Shown here in pieces: positions 23,201-35,024 of a stretch of DNA of 64,000 nt. Location of the stretch: contig NW_005434664.1 of NCBI RefSeq assembly GCF_000315625.1, forward strand, positions 526,167-590,166. Reading direction: 5' to 3'. Position 1 is the first letter of the stretch. Each line of letters begins with the position of its first letter. This DNA is from Guillardia theta CCMP2712 (taxonomy: Eukaryota; Protista; Cryptophyta). The position numbers were made by a program, and so were the translations under genes. Below the pieces are notes generated by a model, which saw nothing but the letters and a program-made list of their open reading frames with translations, did not search any database and had not been told where the DNA came from.

Positions 23201-25616
23201 TCGCTCCCTCCACCTCATCAGGACGTTGCAGTGCCCAAGGAAGTGGAGTGGAAGGAACACGAGGAAGAGAGCGCGATGGAGATCGAGCAGCAAGACCTGA
23301 CGCTTGAGCCTTCCTCTCGGACGCGGGTGTCGCTGCACATGAAGGCGAAGAAGGAGGGATGGGTGAGAGTGAAGGGCGTCAGGTGGAAGCTAGTGGGGGT
23401 TGTCCGTTGCGTGCACCACTTTGACCTGAAAGGGAAGAGGCTCAACGACTCCAAGGCGAGGAGGATGCAACGCGAGTACCAGCGGGACGAGCGACTAGAT
23501 ATGCAGTGCGTCCCTCCCATGCCTAGACTGCAGGCGACGGTGAGTGGACTACCTGACACGGCTCTCTACGGCGAGATCGTCCGCTGCCTCCTCCACGTTC
23601 GTAACGTCGGGAGTAGAGCTGCTTGCGGCCTACGGTTGGCGGTCTCGCACCCTGCCTTCTTCTCCAGGGCGAGTGGGGAGGCTGAGACTGTCGAGTATCC
23701 TCAGGGATATCTGTCGCGCAAGACAAACAAGCACGAGGAGGAGAGCGTTCCTCTGCATCCCTTTGATGCCAGCTGGGAGCTTGAGCCTCCTGTGCTCGAA
23801 CTCTGCTGGGGAGAAAAGAGTGTGCTGGAGGCAGGGCAGGCGGTTGCTATCCCTATCTGGTACAGGGCACACCGACCAGGAGCGCAAAACTTCAAGCTGC
23901 TGCTGCACTACACCTCGACAGACTCGAAGAGCGCGATGCGATATCGCCTGCTGCGGGTGAGAGAAGAAGGATGAAGTGTTAGACAGTGCAAGGAAGAGGA
24001 ACGAGGATGCAGGGTGAGGAGGGGAGAGAGAAAGGATGTTGAGCAATGTTCACAGCTGGAAGCATCGCAGTATGTCCTGCCTTCCCTCAAAACGTCAGTC
24101 AACCTCCGATCGTCAGGTGAAGTCGATCAGAGAGATTCACAGTTGACTTTCTCCATCAGCCTCGGACATGGACCGGCTGACCCTCGCGCTCACCGTCGAC
24201 TGTGTCTTGAACTCCTCTTCCCTCAGCGACAACACGCCCTTATCGCCCATGCACGAGGCAGCCAAAGGGAGGAGCAAGGCTGAGGCTTCTCTCAAGCTCC
24301 TCCAGGTTCTTCTTCTACTCCCTTGACGCAACTCGTGACGAGCATGCAGGTCATGTGCTTGAGCTCGCGATGGCGAGCGATGCCGCTTGCACAGGCAGGA
24401 GGAACCACGCAGTTTTCTGTGGCCGGAGGGAGCAAGGCAAGAAGGAAGCATAGTCTGGGGCAGGGCTCACGCACTCCGCAGGTAGTCATCTACCTTCAAG
24501 TGACTCCATCTGGAGATGCCGAGCAGAAGGTGAAGGAGGATGAAGAAAAGATGCGTGTAAGAGTTGAGAACAGGGAATGACAAACTCGAGCGTTTCCTTC
24601 ACCCCCGACTGCAAGCACATGGCGCTGTCCTCCTCTCCTCTCACGGGTCTGCTCTCATCGTAAGTTGCTGCATGGCTGATCTTGCTGCAGGTTTCTTTCA
24701 CTACTGGGAGCAGCGGAGGTTCTGCCTCATCCACCCACTGCATGACACCAGGGAGCTTCAGGTGACTGACCCTCCACCTGCAAGGAGTGTGAGGAGAGCA
24801 CAGGACGACATCGGAACCCGCCTCGTCCTTCTGTGGAGCACGAGTGACAGCGGCCGCATGGGTTGTGTCTTCCTCTCCTGTGGAGAACCTGAGTCGCCTG
24901 CCCGGCCTGACATCGACTCGCTGCTCTACAACGTGTGACTCCGCCTTGAGCTGTTTCCCACCTGACATGCCAGCAGCACTCGGACGCGAGCCTGCAGAAA
25001 GAGCATTCGTTCACGCGTGATGGTGACAAGCTTGCGAGGCTTGCGGCGCACTCCTTAATGGAGAAGCAGCAGCTTTGCCCCCTTCAGGTGGATGAGAGAG
25101 GAGGAGGCAGGGACCATGACTAGTCGACAGTTACGAGTTGAGGGGCCAACTGACGTCACGCTTGAGGCCTGCGGGAAGCCTATGGTGGTACCGATCACCA
25201 TCCTCGTCTCTAACAGCGGGTGGTCGCAGCCTCTGAGGTCTCTCTGTCCTCCTTGGCCTTGCACGAGCTGACAGTTACTCGTGACAGCATCAGCTTCGAG
25301 GCTCTTGCGCCTTCCGAGGCCTACGGGAGGTACGATGATTGTCCATCTAATCTTGCTTGTCTCATCTGCTGTGAGTAGCACGGAAGGTCAAGCGATGGTA
25401 GAGAGAAGTTGGGACTTCGAGTGGGGAGGATGTCTGCGAAAATCGTTGAAGCTTCAGGCCCGAGAAAGAGAATGCGTCAAGCTCTCAGTCTGCGTTTATC
25501 GTCCGGGCGTGTACAACCTCAACAGGTTTCGTATCACTTTCTCGCAGCTTCAATTTCCCTCTCAGGATTTTTCTGCCTCAAACTTCCAGCACCTGCTGCG
25601 AGTGCATGCTCCATAG
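20202..25616 (+). CDS. TRAPPC8: Trafficking protein particle complex III subunit 8 (Trs85)
   Basis: N-terminal SPTVLVLPTGDAEKVARKNELSFIDLLRP, SDHEYFDHPIAAILVVSS, QIRALADLAFMLHDYDLALSHYK..FK|RDKAWRHVAGASEM, RKYALHLVHAGHRY, VNPLQIPL and C-terminal PGVYNLNR, all typical of TRAPPC8/Trs85. Confidence 0.92.
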
Positions 25617-25724
25617 AAACTACCCCGGAACTACCCCATTCCTAGCAGATGCATTTCATGTAAATACGAAATCATATTCGGACATGCGATGCGTTCGAAC
25701 GAATTCACTTTGACTGGTACAAAT

Positions 25725-26719
25725 TCAATTTCCTTTGCATTCTTTCCAGCTGCACATCGAGTTACGAAACAAGTTAACCGAACATAATCATCTCACCATT
25801 CACTGTCAAAAAGATTGCAATCCCCGCAGGACCAGGGATATTGCTTGTTGCGAATGTGGATGTAAGGGAAGGTGTTCTTGGCAGGGTCCATGTGCGGATC
25901 GTTGTGATGGTCCATGTGCACCTTGTACTCCCACGCTCCGACAACACCGACAAGCACGAGGCCGCCAAGGGAGACGTTCTTCCAGAAATCAGACTCTGCA
26001 AGATACGTCAGTGCTGCATCTTTCTTGTAATGGTTGAACCGTCAGCTCCGCCATGAGCGAAACTACGAGAAGCCTTGGGTGCTGTACGAGGGATGCGGAG
26101 AGCCTTGCTTGCCACGGAGGCTAGCAGCAATGTTATTTCTTGAAGCATGCAAGGAAAAGTGTGGATACGAAGACCAAGAATTCAAGAGGAGGCAGCAGCG
26201 GGCAAGAAATTCAGTGGTTGACAAGTTGATGGGGCAAGAGTCGGAAGAAGAAAGACAAAAATGAGGTTTGAGGAGATGGAAATTCGGCCTGTTCAAGGGA
26301 AGGGAGAGGAAGGAATACGAAGAGGGTTGATGGCGAACTCGGAGCAGAGGAGCAAGTAGCGAATAGCGAGGATCGAAGTGCACGGGGGCGAGGGGAGTTA
26401 TTATGCTGTGAGGGTAGAGCGAGAAGTGAGGAGCGGGTAGGGGAGAATTTTGAGAAAGGTCAGAAGAGGCGAGGGGAGAATGGAGAGAGAGGAAGGCAGA
26501 TATCGAAGGGCGAGGAGGAGAGGGAGAGGAGAAAAGAGGGGGAGAGTGAGGTGGGAGGGGAAGGTAGATGTGGGAGGGTGATGAGGAGAGGGAGAGGAGA
26601 GCGGGGAGGGGAAGGCGGGTGCAGGAGGGAGAGGAGGAGAGGGAGAGGAGAAAGGGGCGAGGAGAGGAGAGTGGTTTTGGCATTCTGTGCAAGGGGTCGC
26701 ACTCACAGAGGCGCTGCAT
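25725..26719 (-). CDS. COX6A: Cytochrome c oxidase subunit 6A (COX13) with mitochondrial presequence
   Basis: Not in the ORF track. Spliced product MQRLS|SVASKALRIPRTAPKASRSFAHGGAD|ESDFWKNVSLGGLVLVGVVGAWEYKVHMDHHNDPHMDPAKNTFPYIHIRNKQYPWSCGDCNLFDSE|CWKECKGN*. It has the W-K-x-S TM start and the PYxxIRxKxxPW-GD-LF COX6A motif. Exon 1 = 26719-26707; intron 1 = 586 nt. Confidence 0.85.
26400..26672. repeat. GA-rich polypurine tract inside COX6A intron 1
   Basis: (GAG/GGA/AGG)n low-complexity sequence read directly. Confidence 0.8.
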
Positions 26720-27152
26720 TGCGGCGAGGGCGTTAATTAGGGTTACTAGGACCCAGGTCCTAGATATAGTATAACCCACACCACCCACACGTTCCACCCT
26801 ACCCTCTATGCTTGACCCTGGTCCATCGCTAAACAAAGTCCCTTGGGGTGGGTAGTTCATATGTCAGTTGAAGACCTATGATACGGGGGTGGGGGTGGGT
26901 GATGATACAACTCTTCATCATCACCCCCCTTGTTTCCGTCAAAAAGTACCCCTCCTTGTACCCCTACCCCCTACCTTGGACAGATATGGACCCCTGTAGG
27001 AGCCACACGTAGTGGACGCTGACACCACTAGTCTACCATCTTTCGCGGTTCACATCATTTTTCCAAGCAGTTACGTAGCGGTTATTTGGAGGTTACTTGG
27101 CGGTTTTCAGGGCGCATCGAACGGACTGCCATCATTCGCGAACGAGATAGGC

Positions 27153-28297
27153 ATGGCGGGTTTGAACATGGCGCTGGCGATCGCGGCGATCGTGGGGACG
27201 AACTATGTTTGCTCCATGGTCGGTCTCAGCAATACAGTTACCATCATTCTCCAGGTGCGCAACAGCTGACTCTGCTCCCGCTCCTGCTACTCCTATAACC
27301 GCCCACTGAGCTCCCCCCCACCTTCCGTCTCGTTTGTGCCTGTTGCTGATGATGTATGTCGCGAGGCTGGTCAGGAATGTTGAGGCACCTGAGCCTTTGC
27401 ATCTTCCTTGTGTTTTCATTCGCTACATATTCTCTATGTTGTTCGAAAGCCTGCTGATCACTTTGACCGCGTCTTATGCCTTCAAACAGTTCCTGGTCGC
27501 CTTGGTTCTACCTCGGTCTGTGTGCCTATCTCAAGGTTGAGGGTAGAGTGACATCCTGTTAGCATCATCGCTCCCTTCTTTGCTAAGAAGATTGTCGGAT
27601 CTCCCGCTCCTCCGGTGAAAGACCTTCAGATCTTTCAGGTTGACCATCGCAATGTTGATTGTAAGGCAATAACGGGATGCCAGGGCTCGGAAGTTGAACT
27701 TGGAAATGGAAAAGTGACAGTCGTTGAGTTCTGGGCAACATGGTGTCCTCCTTGTCGCAAGTCGATCCCGTGAGTCAAGTACAGAACTGTCAAGTCAGCC
27801 AGACGCTGACTTGAAGGTGTAGTCACCTCAACAGCATCTTCGACAAGTATAAGTCCAAGGTGTTCAAGTCATGATCGACCAAACCGTGGATGACGCGAGT
27901 ACCTCAGGACGTTCAGATCATCGGGATATCCTCCGAGTCGGACAAGACCATCAAGGTCTTGAGTCCTCTCGCGGCAGACACGCTTGACAAGTCTGTAGGC
28001 CTTCTGCGACAAGAACAAGGAAGTGGCTCCCAAGTACACTATCGGCTTGGACACCACCGGGAGTGTGTCTCGAGGATATCCTGTTCGCTCTTCTTGCTCT
28101 TCTGCGCATGTCCTCTCATCCTTAGCCCGCAGGTGGAAGGAATTCCAGCAGCCTTTGTCATCGACAAGAAGGGCATCGTCGCCTGGCAGGGTCACCCGAT
28201 GTCGGACATGGAACAGGTCACGTGACGTGCAAGGGGTTTCGCCCTGAGTCGCCTTGGATTGCAGGCTATCAACGACGCTCTGAAGAGCGAATCATGA
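27153..28297 (+). CDS. Membrane-anchored TlpA/redoxin-family thiol-disulfide oxidoreductase
   Basis: Hydrophobic N-terminus, VGSPAPP, VVEFWATWCPPCRKSIP|HLN (CPPC active site), VEGIPAAFVIDKKGIVAWQGHP; stop at 28295-28297. Confidence 0.9.
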
Positions 28298-31200
28298 AGA
28301 AGGCATCCTACCATAACAAGCCAAGGATCATCGGATTAGCTAGGCAGGATGATTGGCAGCTCACTAACCTCTTGTCGTAGAGCAGTTTTAAGTTTGCTTG
28401 ACTTCACGTGACACTCGAATCAAAGGTGGTGTCAGGCTCAGCTCGCCCTGCAAACCATCACACTATACGCGCTATCACACACTGTCAAGGCTACCTTTGC
28501 CCTGTTGATGACATCAGCTGAGTCAACTTGCGGCCCGCGCAACATCCGAGTACATCCCTGGGATATGCGACCGTGCCAGAGTGGGTCTGAGCAGTACGAG
28601 GAGATTCCACCTGGACTGGTTCATGCCGACTCGGAGGCTGTGCCTGATGATGCAGGACGCTACGAGGTACACATCCCTGGCATGCCGATCTGCCAGTGTC
28701 CGACCGAATGTGATGGATGTCAGCGCGAGCTCGATCCCTCCGTTGCTGCACATCATCTCCAGACCTGCAAGCGTCGAACCTCCAAGCTTCCTATTGCGCA
28801 TGACAACCTTACTCGAACAGTCAAGGCGATGCTCAGCGAAGCCGGCCTCTCAGCATGGGCACAAAACCAAGGCCGACATCCTCATCCCTCGGGCCTGGGA
28901 TGATGGCGGACGTTACGTTGGTCCACCCCACATTGAGAGCTCGACACCACTGGGGTGCTTGCTGCTGGTCGGCGAGCTCGCCTGCCTCGGGCCGATCAGT
29001 GCCGCACAGCCCCGGTCCCTGGGCATTGATTCAAGGCGTCGCCGCCGTCACGGGTGGTGTTGGTCTCGGCTACCGCTGACTCGGAGGCTAGTGAGGAGGA
29101 CCTGGATGCGTCACCTCGAGCGGTACCGTGCTCCTGTGCCCAGCCTCCCTCTTTCCGCTTCTCGCTGTGCGCTGTGTGCAAGCAGGTTTAGCTTGTTCCT
29201 GCTTTGTTTTGCAGGCTTGAGGCACTTTTTACCTTCTGCAAGTAAATCTTCGTCCGCTGCCCCCGGCGGACCCCCGGCGGACGCCCGGGCAGCGCCGGCT
29301 CCTTGTCGGCGGCTGCCCTTTCTCCGTCCGTGGCCGCCAGCTTTGCGGCGGCGGCGGACGTCTCGACTGATCAGTCGGCTGCCTCCGGGTATCGCGTCTA
29401 GTAAGGGGGTTTCATTTCGGACGTCCCCTTCTGCTGCTTGTTACCCCTCCTACAGGCTTGCTTGATTGCTTGACCCTTCGGCTGCTTGTCTGCGCGGCTT
29501 CGCGCGTGGGCTGGCGGTGGTCGAAGATTTACGGTACCGGGTCTGCTGCCAGATGCCCGAAGTAAATCCTATCATGGCACGTCCGCGGTGCTGGTTACGA
29601 AGTTTTGGTCTTATTTTGTTGTGTGTGATTATGCAGCTTCTCGCTGTGGAGCTGTGTGCATGCAGGTTTAGCTTGTTCCTGCTTTGTTTTGCTTGAGGCA
29701 CTTTTTACCTTCTCATGATGAAGGGCGATATCCACATCCCTGGAATCCGCGATCGAGGGTCCGAGCACTGCCGTACGAGGGCTTGATGGCGCACGTGACG
29801 TTGGTCCACCCTTACATTGGTAGCTCTCCCGACCTGACCAAGTGGGGGGAGGTCAACCTCGACGCCCTCCATGTTGCAGCGTCTGAGAAGATTCGCAAAC
29901 ACCGCGCTGCATATGCTATGACTACTCCTCCTCGAGCGTTCATCCCTCTTGCCATCTCGACGGACGGTACCCTGCCTCCGCTTCATCTGGTATCTGGTGG
30001 ACATCATTGCTCAGCGCTCGATGCCTCTTGAGGATGCGGCGTTTGGTCGGCAGTCGGCACTTTGTGCCTGATGACGGACCTGCTGCTGAGGTCTTGGCTC
30101 GCAAACGCGCCGCCACCTATCAGCGCCTCACTATGCAGCTGACGCTGGAGGCGCTCCTGTCTGGTGCGAGGCGCATGACGCCCTTGCGGGCGCAAGCACT
30201 CCTCGAGCCAGAGGACAGCTCCTCCTCGGACTTTGTCGAGTCGCCCGAGGAGGAGTCTCGGAGGCTAGCGAGGAGGACTACCTCGAGCGGTACCGTGTTC
30301 CTGTGTCCAGCCTCCCTTCCGTCCGCTGCCCCAGGCGGACCCCCGGGCAACGCCGGCTCCTTGTCGGCGGCCGCGCCCTTTCTCCGTCCGCGGCCGCCCG
30401 CTTTGTGGCGGCAGCGGACGTCTCGCCGGACTGACAGTGGTCAGTCGGCTGCCTCCGGGTATCGCGTCTAAGGGATTTTATTCCTCCTGCATGCTCCTGC
30501 TGCTTGTTGCTTGATTGCTTGACCCTTAGGCTGCTTGTCTGCGCGGCTTCGCGCTTGGGCTGGCGGTGCCGCGTCTGGGTGCCAGCAGTGCTGGTTCTTT
30601 TCGGGCTTGTGTTTTGTGTGTGATTGTGCAGCTTCTCGCTGTGTGCCTGGAGCCCAAGCGCGAAGCCGCGCAGACAAGCAGCCTAAGGGTCAAGCAATCA
30701 AGCAACAAGCAGCAGGAGCATGCAGGAGGAATAAAATCCCTTAGACGCGATACCCGGAGGCAGCCGACTGACCACTGTCAGTCGAGACGTCCGCTGCCGC
30801 CACAAAGCGGGCGGCCGCGGACGGAGAAAGGGCAGCCGCCGACAAGGAGCCGGCGTTGCCCGGGGATCCGCCTGGGGCAGCGGACGGAGGGAGGCTGGAC
30901 ACATGAACACGGTACCGCTCGAGGTAGTCCTCCTCGCTACCTCGCTAGCCTCCGAGTCAGCGGTAGCCGAGTCAGTGGTAGCCGCCCGTGACGGCGGCGA
31001 CGCCGCGGCCGCGAATGTCCAGTAAATCCTAGCAGCCCAAGGACCGGCGTGACCCGACCGATGCCGGGGAGGAAGCAGGCGAGCTCGGACCAGCAGCAAG
31101 CACCCCAGTGGTGTCGAGCTCTCCGGAGGCACCCGACGTCACAGTACAGGATTCACAGTGAGGGACGGAGACGCCTCCGAGTCGCCAGCTCCGCGCCCAT

Positions 31201-34160
31201 CATCGGGGCCACTCGAAGGGTTTCCCCCATCGGAGTCGGAGACCTCCGGCGAAGACTCCTCGGGCGACTCGACAAAGTCCGAGGAGGAGCTGTCCTCTGG
31301 CTCGAGGAGTGCTTGCGCCCGCAAGGGCGTCATGCGCCTCGCACCAGACAAGAGCGCTTCCAGCGTCAGCTGCATGGTGAGGCGCTGATAGGTGGCGGCG
31401 CGTTTGCGAGCCAAGACCTCAGCAGCAGGTCCGTCATCAGGCACGAAGTGCCGACCAAACGCCGCATCCTCAAGAGGCATCGAGCGCTGAGCAATGATGT
31501 CCGCCAGATACCAGATGAAGCGGAGGGTGTCAGGATGCAGGGTACCGTCCGTCGAGATGGCAAGAGGGATGAACGCTCGAGGAGGAGTAGTCATAGTCAT
31601 GGCATATGCAGCGCGATGTTTGCGAATCTTCTCAGACGCTGCAACATGGAGGGCGTCGAGGTTGACCTCCCCCCACTTGGTCAGGTCGGGAGAGCTACCA
31701 ATGTAAGGGTGGACCAACGTCACGTCCGCCATCAAGCCCCAGCTTGTTCCTGCTTTGTTTTGCTTGAGGCACTTTTTATCTTCTGCCAGTAAATCCTATA
31801 TATAGCCCTCTGGGTGCCAGCAGTGCTGGTTCTTTTCGGGCTTGTGTTTTGTGTGTGTTTGTGCAGCTTCTCGCTGTGGACTGTGTGCCTGCCGGTTCAG
31901 CTTGTTCCTGCTTTATTTTGCTTGAGGCACTTTTTACCTTCTGCCAGAAAATCCTATACCTCTCGTACTGCTCGGACCCTCGGTCGCGGATTCCAGGGAT
32001 GTGGATATCGCCCTTCATCTTGCGGCCATGAGGATGGGAGGGTACCTGCCGTCGAGAACGAGGATCCCCCACTGTATCGATGACGCTCTGAAGACCAGCT
32101 TCGTTCAGCATCGACCGAATCGTACGAGTAAGGTTGTCATGCGCCGTGGGAAGCTTGGAGGATCGGCGTTTGTAGGTCTGGAGATGATGTGCAGCAACGG
32201 AGGGATCGAGCTCGCGCTGACATCCATCACATTCCGTCGGACACTGGCAGATCGGCATGCCATGGAGATAGCAGTCGAGCATCTGAGCATAGCGGTGCGG
32301 GAAGGCCTTGCTTTGCCTTGAGGGGGTAGTAGCTCGAGACTCGCATCGGAGAGTGGCTCAGGTCTCGCTCAGGAAAATGAGCGAAGATGGTAGACTGCAA
32401 GACCCTATCCTGCGACTTGAGCGAGTGTGTCCTGCGGCTGTGCAAGGTGAGGATATCACGCTGCTGATCGGTCAGCGCAGCGCGAGCATGCACATGGCGA
32501 GGGAAGACGCGCATGACAAGAGGGGTCACATTTCGCTGCGCAGGGGGAGGAATGAAGTGCTCATGAGACGAGTCGACGAGAGCGCGCAAACCAGGGATGT
32601 GTACTTTTTGTGTGTGTTTGTGCAGCTTCTCGCTGTGGACTGTGTGCCTTCCGGTTCAGCTTGTTCCTGCTTTGTTTTGCTTGAGGCACTTTTTACCTTC
32701 TGCCAGTAAATCCTGTGTGTGTACCACAGATGCCGAGGGGCGTCCTGCGGATGTGTACCACAGATGCCGGGGGGCGTCCTGCGTCATCAGGCACAGCAGG
32801 TACAGGATTTACTGGCAGAAGGTAAAAAGTGCCTCAAGCAAAACAAAGCACTGGGAACAAGCTGAACCGGCAGGCACACAGTCCACAGCGAGAAGCGGCA
32901 CAAACACACACAAAACACAAGCCCGAAAAGAACCAGCACTGCTGGCACCCAGACGCGGCACCGCCAGCCCAAGCGCGAAGCCGCGCAGACAAGCAGCCTA
33001 AGGGTCAAGCAATCAAGCAACAAGCAGCAGGAGCATGCAGGAGGAATAAAATCCCTTAGACGCGATACCCGGAGGCAGCCGACTGACCACTGTCAGTCCG
33101 GCGAGACGTCCGCTGCCGCCACAAAGCGGGCGGCCGCGGACGGAGAAAGGGCAGCCGCCGACAAGGAGCCGGCGCTGCCCGGGTGTCCGCCTTGGGCAGC
33201 GGACGGAGGGAGGCTGGACACAGGAACACGGTACCACGGCGCATGACAACCTTACTCGTACGATTCGGTCGATGCTGAACGAAGCTGGTCTTCAGAGCGT
33301 CATCGATACAGTGGGGGATCCTCGTTCTCGACGGCAGGTACCCTCCCATCCTCATGGCCGCAAGATGAAGGGCGATATCCACATTCCTGGAATCCGCGAT
33401 CGAGGGTCCGAGCAGTACGAGGGCTTGATGGCGCACGTGACGTTGGTCCACCCTTACTTTTTATCTTCTGCCAGTAAATCCTATAACTCCCTTACATTGG
33501 TAGCTCTGCCGACCTGACCAAGTGGGGGGAGGTCAACCTCGACGCCCTCCATGTTGCAGCGTCTGAGAAGATTCGCAAACACCGCGCTGCATATGCCATG
33601 ACTACTCCTCCTCGAGCGTTCATCCCTCTTGCCATCTCGACGGACGGTACCCTGCATCCTGACACCCTCCGCTTCATCTGGTATCTGGCGGACATCATTG
33701 CTCAGCGCTCGATGCCTCTTGAGGATGCGGCGTTTGGTCGGCACTTCGTGCCTGATGACGGACCTGCTGCTGAGGTCTTGGCTCGCAAACGCGCCGCCAC
33801 CTATCAGCGCCTCACCATGCAGCTGACGCTGGAAGCGCTCTTGTCTGGTGCGAGGCGCATGACGCCCTTGCAGGCGCAAGCACTTCTCGAGCCAGAGGAC
33901 AGCTCCTCCTCGGACTTTGTCGAGTCGCCCGAGGAGTCTTCGCCGGAGGTCTCCGACTCCGATGGGGGACACCCTTCGAGTGGCCCCGACGATCGGCGCG
34001 GAGCTGGCGAGGCGTCTCCGTCCCTCACTGTGACGTCGGGTGCCTCCGGAGAGCTCGACACCACTGGGGTGCTTGCTGCTGGTCCGAGCTCGCCTGCTTC
34101 CTCCCCGGCATCGGTCGGGTCACCAGTAAATCCGATCAGTAAATCGGGTGCCAGTAAATC

Positions 34161-34350
34161 CGACAGTCCCTCCTTGTGCTTCAGCAAGAAGATCAGTGAA
34201 AGATTCAGCCTTGTAGATGCCGCGGAGCTCAGTAGTGTCCGTACCGCCCGATGAAGGTCACCCGCAGTGAACTGATGAATCGCCAACTGTCTTTGGCGCT
34301 CGCTCGCAGAGGTGAGGGACAGCGTAGGTCGCGGCGGAAGATGTTGAAGG
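34161..34350 (-). pseudogene. Fragment of the pre-RT region of the CRE-like ORF
   Basis: Encodes ...RQLAIHQFTAGDLHRAVRTLLSS..., resembling the conserved G-x-x-x-x-A-x-x-x-L region upstream of RT in RLE retroelements. Recurs on + at ~43750-43936. Confidence 0.5.
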
Positions 34351-35024
34351 GCGATATCCACCGTCCCTGGAATCCGCGATCGAGGGTCCGAGCAGTACGA
34401 GGGCTTGATGGCGGACGTGACGTTGGTCCACCCTTACATTGGTTTGCTTGAGGCACTTTTTACCTTCTGCCAGTAAATCCTATGTACCTGTATAGCATAG
34501 GATTTACTGGCAGAAGATAAAAAGTGCCTCAAGCAAAATAAAGCAGGATCAAGCTAAACCTCCAGGCACACTGCGCACAGCGAGAAGCTGCACAATCACA
34601 CACAAAACACAAGCCCGAAAAGAACCAGCACTGCTGGCACCCAGACGCGGCACCGCCAGCCCAAGCGCGAAGCCGCGCAGACAAGCAAGCAACAAGCAGC
34701 CGACGTCACAGTGAGGGACGGAGACGCCTCGCCAGCTCCGCGCCGATCGTCGGGGCCACTCGAAGGGTGTCCCCCATCGGAGTCGGAGACCTCCGGCGAA
34801 GACTCCTCGGGCGACTCGACAAAGTCCGAGGAGGAGCTGTCCTCTGGCTCGAGAAGTGCTTGCGCCTGCAAGGGCGTCATGCGCCTCGCACCAGACAAGA
34901 GCGCTTCCAGCGTCAGCTGCATGGTGAGGCGCTGATAGGTGGCGGCGCGTTTGCGAGCCAAGACCTCAGCAGCAGGTCCGTCATCAGGCACGAAGTGCCG
35001 ACCAAACGCCGCATCCTCAAGAGG

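Noticed and set aside
26063-26860. 265-aa Pro/Ser/Leu-rich ORF
   Set aside because: Mostly low-complexity intron 1 of COX6A read through.
30468-30530. CTAAGGG / CCCTTAGG in the element 3' UTR as telomeric repeats (MoTeR/Cnl1-like telomere targeting)
   Set aside because: Single isolated words with no tandem telomere array in or beside the nest.
31049-31792. Conserved antisense ORF in the retroelement (and similar ORFs at 33481, 41273, 44751)
   Set aside because: It is an open frame opposite a GC-rich coding strand and recurs only because the copies are near-identical. No recognisable motifs.
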